Assembly (NCBI GenBank): GCA_910584635.1
Contig: CAJUBA010000001.1
Location: forward strand, 330,520 to 394,519
Source of the DNA: an uncultured Christensenella sp.
Lineage (GTDB): Bacteria > Bacillota > Clostridia > Christensenellales > UBA3700
Direction of reading: 5' to 3'
DNA: 64,000 bases
Position numbers and translations under genes: made by a program. Shown one piece after another: positions 38,647-48,328 of the stretch. Every line of letters starts with the position of its first letter. The stretch's first letter is position 1. Under the pieces are notes generated by a model. That model had not been told where the DNA came from and did not search any database. It saw only the letters and a program-made list of their open reading frames with translations.

Positions 38647-40203
38647 TTATTTAGTTGCGTTTTTCTTATTCTCTTTTTTTATAAACGTTCTGTAATTTAC
38701 CCTGTGCAACCACTGTTTGAAAGCGTGCATAAAAGGTTTTTTAGGCATATATCCGTTATCTTCATATACCCCTATAAATTCCAAATACGGCTTGCGTCTT
38801 ACGCTTGTAAATACTACTTCCACGCAATCTGTAACGACAGACTTGAAAAACGCGACTCTACCGTATCCGACAGTAGTACCGCTACTCACCTTTTTGCGTT
38901 TTCCTTTAACGTAAACGTATATATCGAAGTTCTCTACCCTTTGAGAAAAAGCGACGTTTTCGACGAGTTTAATTCTGTTTATCTTATGTTCCGCGTCAAG
39001 AGTAAGTTTTACGACGTAACTATCGCTTTCTTTGTCAGGAGTATAGTAAGATATAGTATCGAAAGTATCGTTGTCGTATTCGTATTTCAAGACGTTTTCT
39101 ATATTATTTCCGTCTTGCGCGGGCGGAGCCGATATCTCTTTGACGGCAATCAACTGTTCGTTTGAACTTCTGATATGCTCTCCGAGTTCATTTAGAGTTT
39201 TAACGTCCCTCTCATGGATAAGACCTCTGGTATCGGGAGGGATATTGAGCAGAAGCATAGTATTACCACCCACAGAATCGTAATATATTCTCTTCAAATT
39301 ATTTGCGCTTCGCACCGCTACGTCTTGCGATTTGTGATAAAACCATCCCGGTCTTACCGAAACGTCCACTTCTGCGGGATACCACATAAAATCGTCGAAA
39401 TTTTTCAAAAATGAGCGACTTCCCAAATCCGAACTTATTATATCCGCCCCTTTCTTTGAGAAACTCTCGTCGTCAGCCTGCTGTGAATTAGATTCGATAG
39501 TTTGAATATCGCAAGCGAATTTCGGCACGACGTTCCACTCGCTTTCACGCGCAAAACCGCCTTCGTTGCCCACCCAACGAATATCAGGTCCGCAATTGGA
39601 TATACACGCCTTGGGAGCAAGTTTTCTAATTAGAGAGAAATATCTGTCCCAATCGTAAATTTGTTTTGGTTTGCCGTCCATATACGAACCGCATGCGCCG
39701 TCCAACCATACGCAGAATATTTCTCCGTATCCTGTAAGCAATTCCGTAAGTTGCGCGCAATAGACGTCGTTATAAGAGTCTCCCTGACCGTAAGCGGGAT
39801 GATTTCTATCCCAAGGGGAAAGATATATGCCGAATTTCATTCCGTATTTTTGACAACTTTTCGAAACTTCTTCGACAACGTCGCCTTTTCCATCTTTGTA
39901 CGGAGATGACGCAACGCTGTAATCTGTTGTTGCCGTAGGCCAAAGACAAAATCCGTCGTGATGTTTGCACGTCAGTATTACTCCGTATGCACCCACGTCT
40001 TTTGCTGTCTTTACCCATTGATCGGTATCTTGTTCTGACGGGTCAAACTCTTTAGGATCGACTCTTCCGTCTCCCCACTCTTTACTTGTAAAAGTATTTA
40101 GTCCATAATGAAAAAATACGTTGAAATTTTCCCTTTGCGCTCTCTTCTGCACGGTAGTGGGAACAATCGACAAATATTTGTCCAATCTCTCTTGCGAATT
40201 CAT
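38647..40203 (-). CDS. alpha-L-fucosidase (GH29) with C-terminal discoidin-like domain
   Basis: FFHYGLNTFTSKEWGDG...GVILTCKHHDGFCLWPT matches the GH29 catalytic core. No signal peptide. Confidence 0.8.
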   Translation of the reverse strand: MNSQERLDKYLSIVPTTVQKRAQRENFNVFFHYGLNTFTSKEWGDGRVDPKEFDPSEQDTDQWVKTAKDVGAYGVILTCKHHDGFCLWPTATTDYSVASSPYKDGKGDVVEEVSKSCQKYGMKFGIYLSPWDRNHPAYGQGDSYNDVYCAQLTELLTGYGEIFCVWLDGACGSYMDGKPKQIYDWDRYFSLIRKLAPKACISNCGPDIRWVGNEGGFARESEWNVVPKFACDIQTIESNSQQADDESFSKKGADIISSDLGSRSFLKNFDDFMWYPAEVDVSVRPGWFYHKSQDVAVRSANNLKRIYYDSVGGNTMLLLNIPPDTRGLIHERDVKTLNELGEHIRSSNEQLIAVKEISAPPAQDGNNIENVLKYEYDNDTFDTISYYTPDKESDSYVVKLTLDAEHKINRIKLVENVAFSQRVENFDIYVYVKGKRKKVSSGTTVGYGRVAFFKSVVTDCVEVVFTSVRRKPYLEFIGVYEDNGYMPKKPFMHAFKQWLHRVNYRTFIKKENKKNATK

Positions 40204-40289
40204 ATTTTCCTCCTGTCATTATATCAAGTGTACCAACGAAGGAATTTATTGTCAACCCCAGTTTTTTGTAGATACCGACATATATAAAT

Positions 40290-40327
40290 AAAAACGGGCG
40301 GATAAACGCTTTCCGCTTATCCGCCCG
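40290..40327 (-). terminator. rho-independent terminator after the GLUG lipoprotein gene
   Basis: CGGGCGGATAA-11 nt-TTATCCGCCCG followed on the minus strand by T5. Confidence 0.8.
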
Positions 40328-40345
40328 ACATACTGTTTTACAAGT

Positions 40346-43300
40346 TTATCTTATCTTTCCGTAAATAAGTCTGACATAGTTTCCGCCTGTTGTCGACGAG
40401 CCTTTATAGTTCAATACGATAACAACTTTATTACCTCTTTTGCTTCTGTCGCCGCAGATATCTTCTTCTACTATATCCAAATCTTTTAATTCTCCGTCGA
40501 CAATAGCGATACCGCCGACTTCAGGAATCTGCGAAGGACTCATCTCAACAACGTAATCCTTTGTATAATTCTTTCTGGTAAATACCGGATAACGGAATCC
40601 TTCTTTTTCTGTCATAGTCATAGCCTTATCCTCTCCCGGATAAAGAATTCCTATGATACTTCCCAACTGACTTTCCTGTCTGATAAGCGTAAAGTAGTCT
40701 TCGCTTTGCGCCCAAGCGTCGGATGAATAAGCCGCCGCCTTTTCGATTGTTCCGTCGTTTCCTCCGGCAAACGCGCCGTTATTTCCTCCGCGAGTCGTAC
40801 CGCCCAAAGCATAAGCGCTTTCGATTCGTCCCTTGTTGAGTCCCACAAAACCGCCGACGTATTTATTAGCCGTCGCTCTGTTGGTAGCATAAGCGTCTTG
40901 AATGACGCCGTCGGTATCGTTCAATGCGACAAATCCGCCCGCATAGGAATTGTTTCCGTTTGCGACAACGTTCTTTCTGCCCGATACGTCCGAACGTTTA
41001 TACTCTCCGCTAAACGATTTGTTTATCGAACCGCTGTTTATAGCGACCAAGCCGCCCGCATACAGAGAATCTAATTCTGTCGCCGTAACGCTTACCGAAC
41101 CTATTGCCTCGCAGTTGCTTATTATCGCGCTTTGTCCGATATTCTCCGCTACAAGTCCCGCTCCAGCGATATAAGGTAATTCGCTAGATATATACTCGCC
41201 TACAACGGCGGTAATATTTCCGTAAAAACCTGTATCGATTACTGTAGCGATAACGCTCTCTCCGCCGACTTTATTGTAAATTGCTACGCCGGCAACAGTT
41301 CTGCCGCTCAAATCTGCGTATACTTGCGAAGAACTGATTCCTCCGAAGTTGTTGATAGCGATTCCCGCCACGTAAGCGCTGTCCGCTTTGATCGAATCGC
41401 TCTGAACGAAGATTCTATCAAGTCGTCCGTAGTTGTTTATCGTTATAGGAGCGACGTAAATATTTCTTACGCCTTCTTCAACGTCTTCTTTTTCATAACC
41501 GACAAATCCGATGCCCATATAGAAAGCGTTTCTTATTTCCGCATCTTTGGATATGCTTAAAAACAGCGAATACTTAATATCTACTTTATTTTCGCCTACA
41601 CTTTCGTTAACCTTAACTACTCCGTCTTCAGTAAGTTGTTTATTACCTACGACCATATTGGATAACGTCTTTGAATTACCGTCTATTTTGTCTTTGAGAG
41701 TTTCAATTTGCGCGATTTCATAGCCTTTGAAATTTATATTCGCATTTATTATATATTCGTTTGCCGCGCTAACCCCGTTCTTTTGATCAATATAATTCTT
41801 TAATACAATATAAGCGTATTCTCCGGCATCGTTGATTACATACTTTCCTTCATTATTTTTTGCGGGAATTTTATAACTGAGATACTGACCCGCGGTAACC
41901 GCTTCCGCTCCCGCAACATAATTGTTGGACGTATGACCGGTGGAAACGGAAACGTTGTAAAGTATTCCGTAATAAGAAGAGTCGCTTATTTTATATTCTG
42001 TAACGGTCTTTTCCTCGCCTGTTTCTTCATCTTCTTCGACAACTTCTTTCATAAAAATATCGTCGAGATTTATCGCAAAAGCGTACTTAACCGCATTATG
42101 CTCACTGTCAAAGATTACCGATTTTTCTACGTTTTCGTCCGAAGAATCCTCTTCGAAATAACACAGTCTATTGCCGTCGGCGCCAAAAAGATCTTCATCT
42201 TCGCCGGTAGACTGATCGACTGTTTCTCCGCCGTCAACGGATACGTTTCTGTTGTAAACGAATTTTCCTTCGTCGTAAACTATATCAACGCCTTCGCTCT
42301 TATCGTAAGAAGCATAACGCAATTCGTTGCCTAACGTGTCAAATACATTGTAATCGACGTTGTTGTAACGGACTTTCAAATCGCCTTCCATATTGTACAA
42401 TACAATCTTACCGTCTTCTTTAACAACCGAACTTTTGTCGGAAGACTTATATTTATAGAAATCGTATGCCTTACCGGTAACGTAAACTACTTTGCAAGAA
42501 ACTGTCAATGAAGTTTCGGAATTTTCAAGTTTGCTTGAACCGTCCGGCATCAAACCTTTCAAAGACAAATAGAACTGGTTTGCAACCGTATCGGCGCTTA
42601 TGCTCCAAGTAAGTCTTGCTTTTCCGTCGTTGTCGTAAACAAGCGTAATATCGTCGGCAATAACGCCTTGCAATTTAGTTACCTTGTAAGTTTCGTCTTC
42701 TTTGCTAAAAGCGCTGTCGTAATAGACCTCGTTGTCGCCGTTTGCTTTAATGGTAAAATAGTAATCTCCGATTTTATCGTAGTTGAAATTACTTCTTTGA
42801 TAACTAGTTCCCGTAGTAGTTACTTCCTTTTCTTCGATAACGCCGGAAGCATCCTTATAAGTCATTTTCAACGTATAAGACTTTGCGTTGGTAACAGATC
42901 CCCACTGCAATCTGGAAGAATTCAAATTGCTGAATTCGGGAACGCTCAAGGTCATAGAATTGTAATAATAAGCGATTCCCATCAAAGAATTTGCGTATTT
43001 TTCGCTGTCTTCCGCGGGCATTGCAACTACGACGATTCTGTACTTGTCATAATTTCCGTAAATATCTTCCTCGTCGTCGTCAGTCTTATCCGCAAAACTG
43101 TAAGAAGTGGATTCCGTAACCAACTTATCCAATTCATTATCTTTTCCGTTGAAAACGGTAACCGAATACGAAGCGGCGTTCTCCACGCTTTGCCAACTTG
43201 CTATCTTGCTTTCTTTATCTACAGTAATTACAGGCGTATCCAAAGCGTTGCCCTTATGATAAATAATAGCCTCGCTCCAATCGCCATCTCCGTAAACGGT

Positions 43301-43594
43301 TCCGTCGCCGTACGCCTTAACTCTTATTGAAAAATTACCGTAACCCGTAACAATTTTGCTAAGGTCGTAAGTCGTAGAAGAAGTTTCTGCCTTTTGTTCA
43401 TCATTTACGGAAATATAATAACGTTCCGCATGTTCTACCTCATCCCAACTCAAAGCGCTTCCGCTTAGCGCAAGATTCTGCGGCGTCTTTACTTTTTTCA
43501 ATCCGTTGGCGTCTCTGTCCGCGCAAGCCGTAGCCATACATGCAAGACACGCAACCAATAATAAAATCGCGATAACGTTGATTTTCTTTCTCAT
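40346..43594 (-). CDS. large surface lipoprotein with Fn3-like repeats and C-terminal GLUG-motif repeats
   Basis: Signal peptide with lipobox-like ...LACMATAC. Repeated modules L.W..V..A..Y.(V/L). The C-terminus carries repeats YAGGLVA, YAGGFVALN and YVGGFVGLN. Confidence 0.75.
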   Translation of the reverse strand: MRKKINVIAILLLVACLACMATACADRDANGLKKVKTPQNLALSGSALSWDEVEHAERYYISVNDEQKAETSSTTYDLSKIVTGYGNFSIRVKAYGDGTVYGDGDWSEAIIYHKGNALDTPVITVDKESKIASWQSVENAASYSVTVFNGKDNELDKLVTESTSYSFADKTDDDEEDIYGNYDKYRIVVVAMPAEDSEKYANSLMGIAYYYNSMTLSVPEFSNLNSSRLQWGSVTNAKSYTLKMTYKDASGVIEEKEVTTTGTSYQRSNFNYDKIGDYYFTIKANGDNEVYYDSAFSKEDETYKVTKLQGVIADDITLVYDNDGKARLTWSISADTVANQFYLSLKGLMPDGSSKLENSETSLTVSCKVVYVTGKAYDFYKYKSSDKSSVVKEDGKIVLYNMEGDLKVRYNNVDYNVFDTLGNELRYASYDKSEGVDIVYDEGKFVYNRNVSVDGGETVDQSTGEDEDLFGADGNRLCYFEEDSSDENVEKSVIFDSEHNAVKYAFAINLDDIFMKEVVEEDEETGEEKTVTEYKISDSSYYGILYNVSVSTGHTSNNYVAGAEAVTAGQYLSYKIPAKNNEGKYVINDAGEYAYIVLKNYIDQKNGVSAANEYIINANINFKGYEIAQIETLKDKIDGNSKTLSNMVVGNKQLTEDGVVKVNESVGENKVDIKYSLFLSISKDAEIRNAFYMGIGFVGYEKEDVEEGVRNIYVAPITINNYGRLDRIFVQSDSIKADSAYVAGIAINNFGGISSSQVYADLSGRTVAGVAIYNKVGGESVIATVIDTGFYGNITAVVGEYISSELPYIAGAGLVAENIGQSAIISNCEAIGSVSVTATELDSLYAGGLVAINSGSINKSFSGEYKRSDVSGRKNVVANGNNSYAGGFVALNDTDGVIQDAYATNRATANKYVGGFVGLNKGRIESAYALGGTTRGGNNGAFAGGNDGTIEKAAAYSSDAWAQSEDYFTLIRQESQLGSIIGILYPGEDKAMTMTEKEGFRYPVFTRKNYTKDYVVEMSPSQIPEVGGIAIVDGELKDLDIVEEDICGDRSKRGNKVVIVLNYKGSSTTGGNYVRLIYGKIR

Positions 43595-43890
43595 AACTAC
43601 TCCTTTGTAATCGCTTTATACTGCTTTATTATAGCAAACCGACCGAATAATATCAAGCCATTTGTTATATTTATATTATATAAATATTATGAAACATTTT
43701 ATCGTTATTATCATTGAAAAATATATTAACGCTACAATATATCTGTTTTAAAATGCAGATATATGAAAAAGAATATTAAAAGTATGTATTTTCTACTTTA
43801 TAAAAAAAATTAAAATTTTCGGTATATTTTTTTATTTTTTTATTGTAATTCAATAAAAATTATGTTATAGTTAATACAGTGAGGTGGGTT

Positions 43891-44106
43891 ATGGACTTTT
43901 GCAAAAACCTTAAAAGATTAAGAAAAAACAAACATATTTCACAATCGGAAATGGCGGAAATGCTAGGAGTTTCACAAAGGACGATTTCACATTACGAAAA
44001 CGGCACTTGCGAACCCAATATTAACTGTTTGGGAAAAATTGCCGATATCCTCGAAACCTCTATTGACTATTTGGTCGGACACAGCGTTCCTGTTAAAGAA
44101 CGATAA
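43891..44106 (+). CDS. XRE-family HTH transcriptional regulator
   Basis: 71 aa. ISQSEMAEMLGVSQRTISHYENG. The ATG follows a GAGGTGG SD. Confidence 0.85.
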   Translation: MDFCKNLKRLRKNKHISQSEMAEMLGVSQRTISHYENGTCEPNINCLGKIADILETSIDYLVGHSVPVKER

Positions 44107-44113
44107 CTTACTG

Positions 44114-44136
44114 AAAAACGCGCAAGCGTTTTTTTC
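44114..44136 (+). terminator. weak rho-independent terminator
   Basis: AAAAACGC-gcaa-GCGTTTTTTT (5-bp stem). Confidence 0.45.
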
Positions 44137-44203
44137 TTTTGTAAAAACTATCCGGAAAAGACTTCTCTTCTCCGGATTTAATTTGATATTTTATTTAATT
44201 TAA

Positions 44204-44740
44204 TCAATAATTATCCGCATGGATTTCAAAATAACTTTGTGGGTGGTCGCATACAGGACATACTTGCGGAGCGTTCGTTCCGACTGTTATATGACCGCAG
44301 TTTCTACACTCCCAAACTTTTACTTCGCTCTTTTGGAATACCGAAGCGGTTTCTACGTTTTTAAGAAGCGCCCTGTATCTCTCTTCGTGCTGTTTTTCTA
44401 TTTCTCCGACCGCGCGGAATTTCTTAGCCAAATCCGCAAAACCTTCAGCCTCTGCGGTTTTAGCAAAATCTTCGTACATATCCGTCCATTCGAAATTTTC
44501 TCCGTTTGCCGCCTGAGCAAGGTTTTCAGCGGTATTTCCAATACCTTTTAACTCTTTGAGCCACATTTTAGCATGCTCTTTTTCGTTGTCTGCCGTCTTT
44601 GAAAATATAGAAGAGATTTGTTCGAATCCTTCTTTTTTAGCAACGGACGCAAAATAGGTATATTTATTTCTTGCCTGAGATTCGCCTGCGAATGCCGCTT
44701 CCAGATTTTTTTGCGTTTGAGTACCATCGTATTTGCTCAT
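44204..44740 (-). CDS. rbr: rubrerythrin
   Basis: 178 aa. Ferritin-like diiron ExxH motifs plus the C-terminal rubredoxin CRNCGH..CPVCDH. Confidence 0.9.
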   Translation of the reverse strand: MSKYDGTQTQKNLEAAFAGESQARNKYTYFASVAKKEGFEQISSIFSKTADNEKEHAKMWLKELKGIGNTAENLAQAANGENFEWTDMYEDFAKTAEAEGFADLAKKFRAVGEIEKQHEERYRALLKNVETASVFQKSEVKVWECRNCGHITVGTNAPQVCPVCDHPQSYFEIHADNY

Positions 44741-44853
44741 ATATTTATCTCCTTTAGTTTACGACGATACCGCCGTATTTATTGTTAAACATATTATACG
44801 ATTATAATTTGCAAAAATCAATAAGTTTATCCCAAATCGTATAAATTGGTTTA

Positions 44854-45168
44854 TCAATTCATAAATTCCACTTTTCCGGTGTCTACAAAGTAGATTGCGC
44901 CTTTTACTTCGGCAGTGTCCACAACGTTTCCCACAACGCGAATAACAAACAACTCCCCGATTCCGGCTGAAAAAATGCTTTCCGGCATTACTTTGGAATC
45001 AGAATAAGAAATTATTACCGCATACGGTTTTTGTCCTTTTATAAATGTACTTTTTCTCTTCTCGATTGAAATATCGCCCATACTACAATTTGAAGTAACA
45101 AATAACTCATTGCCTTTTTGCAACCTTTCAAAAGACATTTTGCATAAAACTTGATCTTTATTTTTCAT
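44854..45168 (-). pseudogene. beta-carbonic-anhydrase-like relic (internally deleted, Zn ligand lost)
   Basis: LQKGNELF..GQKPYAVIISYSDSKVMPESIFSAGIGELFVIRVVGNVV aligns to the beta-CA N-terminal half, with CSDSR changed to YSDSK. It then jumps straight to the C-terminal ..GAIYFVDTGKVEF. The His/Cys ligand region is missing. Confidence 0.5.
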
Positions 45169-45202
45169 AATATTCCTTTACTAACAAACTCCTTAAAAAT
45201 CG

Positions 45203-45433
45203 CTACATAGAAATATTTCTTATAATGCCTTCCTCTATCATTATGAGTATTTGATAATTTGCCGGCTGTCTTATGCGTCCTTTATCTTCGCTATACGTAT
45301 ATGAAACGACCTTTATATCCTCGTTTACCGATATGGTTTTTGAAGGAGCGCCAAATTCCGACACCATTTCCTCTATCTTAGCATAAACTCGGCGCTTTGT
45401 CCATAGGATTTTTTTGCAAGCGCCTTGCTCCAA
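45203..45433 (-). CDS. hypothetical small protein (TTG start; possibly a gene fragment)
   Basis: 76-codon ORF with no recognisable motif, no clear SD, and the first ATG at codon 23. Confidence 0.3.
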   Translation of the reverse strand: MEQGACKKILWTKRRVYAKIEEMVSEFGAPSKTISVNEDIKVVSYTYSEDKGRIRQPANYQILIMIEEGIIRNISM

Positions 45434-45527
45434 TCAATTTCAAAATTATAGTATTCAATCTTCTATTACATAAAAAACAAACATAGAACAATATTACCGA
45501 TATAGACCCAATTTGGAATTTAATAAA

Positions 45528-45956
45528 TCAAAAAAAATTTTTACAACTTATATAAATATGACTGACAGCAAAAATAACAGCGCAAACAATTAGAGGAATA
45601 TTAGCCAATACGATGCCGTCAAATAGAAATATTATTGATGGAATTATTGAAAGTGTCAACGCTTTTAACTTACCGTTTTTATTCCAACAGACAATCCAAA
45701 ATATTAAGTACGTCAAACATAACGCCCCATTGACAGACAAATAAACTGCAAGAGAATTAGCAAACCAAAAATTAAAATATGTATACGGAATATTGAAAAT
45801 CATTAAAACAAAACAGCCGTATCTTCCGATTTGCTCGGCAATTATAATCATTTTATTATGACTTTCAAGCGCCATATTGTCTTTTTGTTTAACAGCGTAA
45901 ATGATATTTGGTATCATTATGATTGCCATTATTATAAGTCCGTAATAATTAAACAA
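45528..45956 (-). CDS. hypothetical 4-TM membrane protein
   Basis: 142 aa with four hydrophobic helices. Confidence 0.55.
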   Translation of the reverse strand: MFNYYGLIIMAIIMIPNIIYAVKQKDNMALESHNKMIIIAEQIGRYGCFVLMIFNIPYTYFNFWFANSLAVYLSVNGALCLTYLIFWIVCWNKNGKLKALTLSIIPSIIFLFDGIVLANIPLIVCAVIFAVSHIYISCKNFF

Positions 45957-46082
45957 CTCATATATTTCAACTCCTCTTAGTTTTCAATTAACGATATTTA
46001 TTAAAGTAAAACTATTTCTCGAATATAAATATGTTTTATATTTTCTGCAATAGAACGGTAATAACCTAATATGATTTTGAAC

Positions 46083-46474
46083 TTAAATTTTTAAGTCAAC
46101 TTTTACGTTCACAACTCTTATACCTGCGCTATCCACTGCCTTTTTTGTACCGCAATAAACTATATTACCAAATTCTTTATCATTTTCAATCTGAACTAAT
46201 GAATTATAATCCGCACAACTTTCTTCTAAATAATTGTAAAAATATTCACAGTCGCCATCGTTTTCTATCCAATAAAATAAATATAATCGCTTCCCTTTGT
46301 TGCACAAAGATAAGTACACTTTTTGCCGTCGAAATCAGTAGTTACAACTACTGTATATCCGCTGTTTTATAGATTTTTTTCATCTCATCGCTTTCTGGAT
46401 AATACGTTCCATTTTCGTCTTCGCAAGCCGTCAATAGCAATGTAAAAATTGACAATACGCAAATGATTAAAACC
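46083..46474 (-). pseudogene. frameshifted lipoprotein gene remnant
   Basis: Three successive minus-strand frames read ..VLIICVLSIFTLLLTACEDENGTYYPESDEMKKIYKTADIQ*, then ..SGYTVVVTTDFDGKKCTYLCATKGSDYIYFIG*, then ..WIENDGDCEYFYNYLEESC..VDLKI*. There is a signal peptide and lipobox but no ATG/GTG start upstream. Confidence 0.4.
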
Positions 46475-46585
46475 TAAAAATATTTTTTCTTTCTATGCCT
46501 CTTAATATTATCTAATGTAATTTTACCATTTATAATTTCGCTTCAAGAATATAATTAAAGCAACAAAATTTTGAGCAACTCCAAC

Positions 46586-46936
46586 TTATTGCTTGGGAAA
46601 ACTTCTAAAAATAATCAAGTTTTTATCAGGATCTAAAAAACTCATATTTTTTGCGCCCCAAGGTCGCGTTGTCGGCGGTGAAACAATCTCGACGCCAAGC
46701 GCTTTTAATCTCTCGAATTCTATATCCACGTCAGTTACCGTAAAAGCCAGACAAATATTTTGATGGTTTGCTTTTCGCGCTGCTCCATCGTTATAGACAG
46801 TAAGCGTCGTTTCTTCCGAGAGAATAAATTGATGAACGTCGTCATTGCAATGATTATCAATGTTAAACAACGTCTTATAAAAATTCGACAAACGAATAAC
46901 GTCATTTGTTAATAAACATACTTCTCCGATTTTCAT
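46586..46936 (-). CDS. VOC-family (glyoxalase/bleomycin-resistance) protein
   Basis: 116 aa. Motif RPWGAKNMSFLDPDKNLIIF. Confidence 0.8.
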   Translation of the reverse strand: MKIGEVCLLTNDVIRLSNFYKTLFNIDNHCNDDVHQFILSEETTLTVYNDGAARKANHQNICLAFTVTDVDIEFERLKALGVEIVSPPTTRPWGAKNMSFLDPDKNLIIFRSFPKQ

Positions 46937-46981
46937 AAACTTGCCTCCTTTTTATACTAATATTCTACGAAAAATTGAAAT

Positions 46982-47455
46982 CTATTCGCTCAACTTTATT
47001 AACATTAAATATTCTTCTTCGTTTTCACTTATAATTTGAAAGCCTAACTTTTGATACATTTTTGCCGCGTAATTTTCCTTTTGAACGGACAAAGACGCTT
47101 GTTTGTATCCGCGTTCTTTCAGGGCGGATAACATTTCTTTCATCAATAAAGTTCCTATACCTTTTCCGCGATACTCTTTATAGAGTGAAATAGCAAACGA
47201 CGGCGTACTGTCGTCAATGTGTCCGTAGTCATCCATAATTCTAACCCAAACCGCTCCGACGATTTTGCCGTCCATATCTGCGACAAAAGCAATATCGTGT
47301 TGGTTTTTTCCGAACTTCGAAATATAGACTTGCAACTCGGGGCGGTATATAATTGATTTCGGCGGCGGCTCAACCCCATTTGAAACAAAGACAGCCTCAT
47401 ATAGAAAACTTTCCAACAACGGATATTCGGATTGTTGCATTTCTCGAATTTTCAT
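46982..47455 (-). CDS. GNAT-family N-acetyltransferase
   Basis: 157 aa. Motif YRGKGIGTLLM. Confidence 0.85.
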   Translation of the reverse strand: MKIREMQQSEYPLLESFLYEAVFVSNGVEPPPKSIIYRPELQVYISKFGKNQHDIAFVADMDGKIVGAVWVRIMDDYGHIDDSTPSFAISLYKEYRGKGIGTLLMKEMLSALKERGYKQASLSVQKENYAAKMYQKLGFQIISENEEEYLMLIKLSE

Positions 47456-47523
47456 ATCTGCATTACCCCGCTAAATTGAAATTTATGCACATAAAATATG
47501 CCTTATGGACATTACTCATTGTA

Positions 47524-48045
47524 TTACTTTTTCGTTTTATTGACTTCTTCCTTCTTCGGCTTCTTGCCTTGAAAAAACATAAACCATATATTAAATACTA
47601 ATGAACCAATGCACAAAACTGTCAAAACTATCGCACCCACCACAGAGAGTCCCATACTGGTTTTATCGCCTACTATGATGCTATTTCCTTCTCCATCAAT
47701 ATAGATATTGACTTTTTTTCCTATATAACTTTCCGCTTCTTTTTGATACATATTTGATTTCACTATACCGTGGTATTCTATACCGTTTTCATCTATATAT
47801 TGATACCAAACCACATAGGACTTTGTGTTATTGTAACTTCCTCCGCCAGCGTCATTCGTAACCCAAACAATCTCTGCTTCGGCAATTACTCCGCCGTCAA
47901 TCGCACTTTGTCTTCCTTTTTCTTCCCAACAGCCATACCAAAGCCTTCCTGCACCGACGCACAATACCAATGTCAAAACAATAAAAGGTATATACACTAA
48001 CAATATATCCAATCTCTTTTTTGTTTCAACTTTCAATTTGCTCAC
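47524..48045 (-). CDS. hypothetical membrane protein (DUF3592-like topology)
   Basis: N- and C-terminal TM helices flank a beta-rich domain. GTG start. Confidence 0.5.
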   Translation of the reverse strand: MSKLKVETKKRLDILLVYIPFIVLTLVLCVGAGRLWYGCWEEKGRQSAIDGGVIAEAEIVWVTNDAGGGSYNNTKSYVVWYQYIDENGIEYHGIVKSNMYQKEAESYIGKKVNIYIDGEGNSIIVGDKTSMGLSVVGAIVLTVLCIGSLVFNIWFMFFQGKKPKKEEVNKTKK

Positions 48046-48211
48046 CTTATCAATACTTTGCCTTTTATTATTTTGTTGGCTTATCTTCGTATTAGAACGC
48101 TAAATTACTGTTTATCGTTTCAATAAGCAGACATATTCTATCATAGGAAAACGATATTTGCAACCGTTTGATAGCGCATGCCATTCGGTTTCCTCTTGGG
48201 TTGGGACATAG

Positions 48212-48243
48212 AAAAAGCACAAGGAGGTTTGCCCTGTGCTTTT
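48212..48243 (-). terminator. second hairpin terminator downstream of the tRNA pair
   Basis: GCACAAGG-aggtttg-CCCTGTGC with T-runs on both strands. Confidence 0.55.
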
Positions 48244-48328
48244 CGTTTAGTTGTATGCAATAAATCCCGCAACACCGTTCACAAAAATGTATTCTGTTTT
48301 TATATGTCCGCTCTTTATTGGCAAACCT

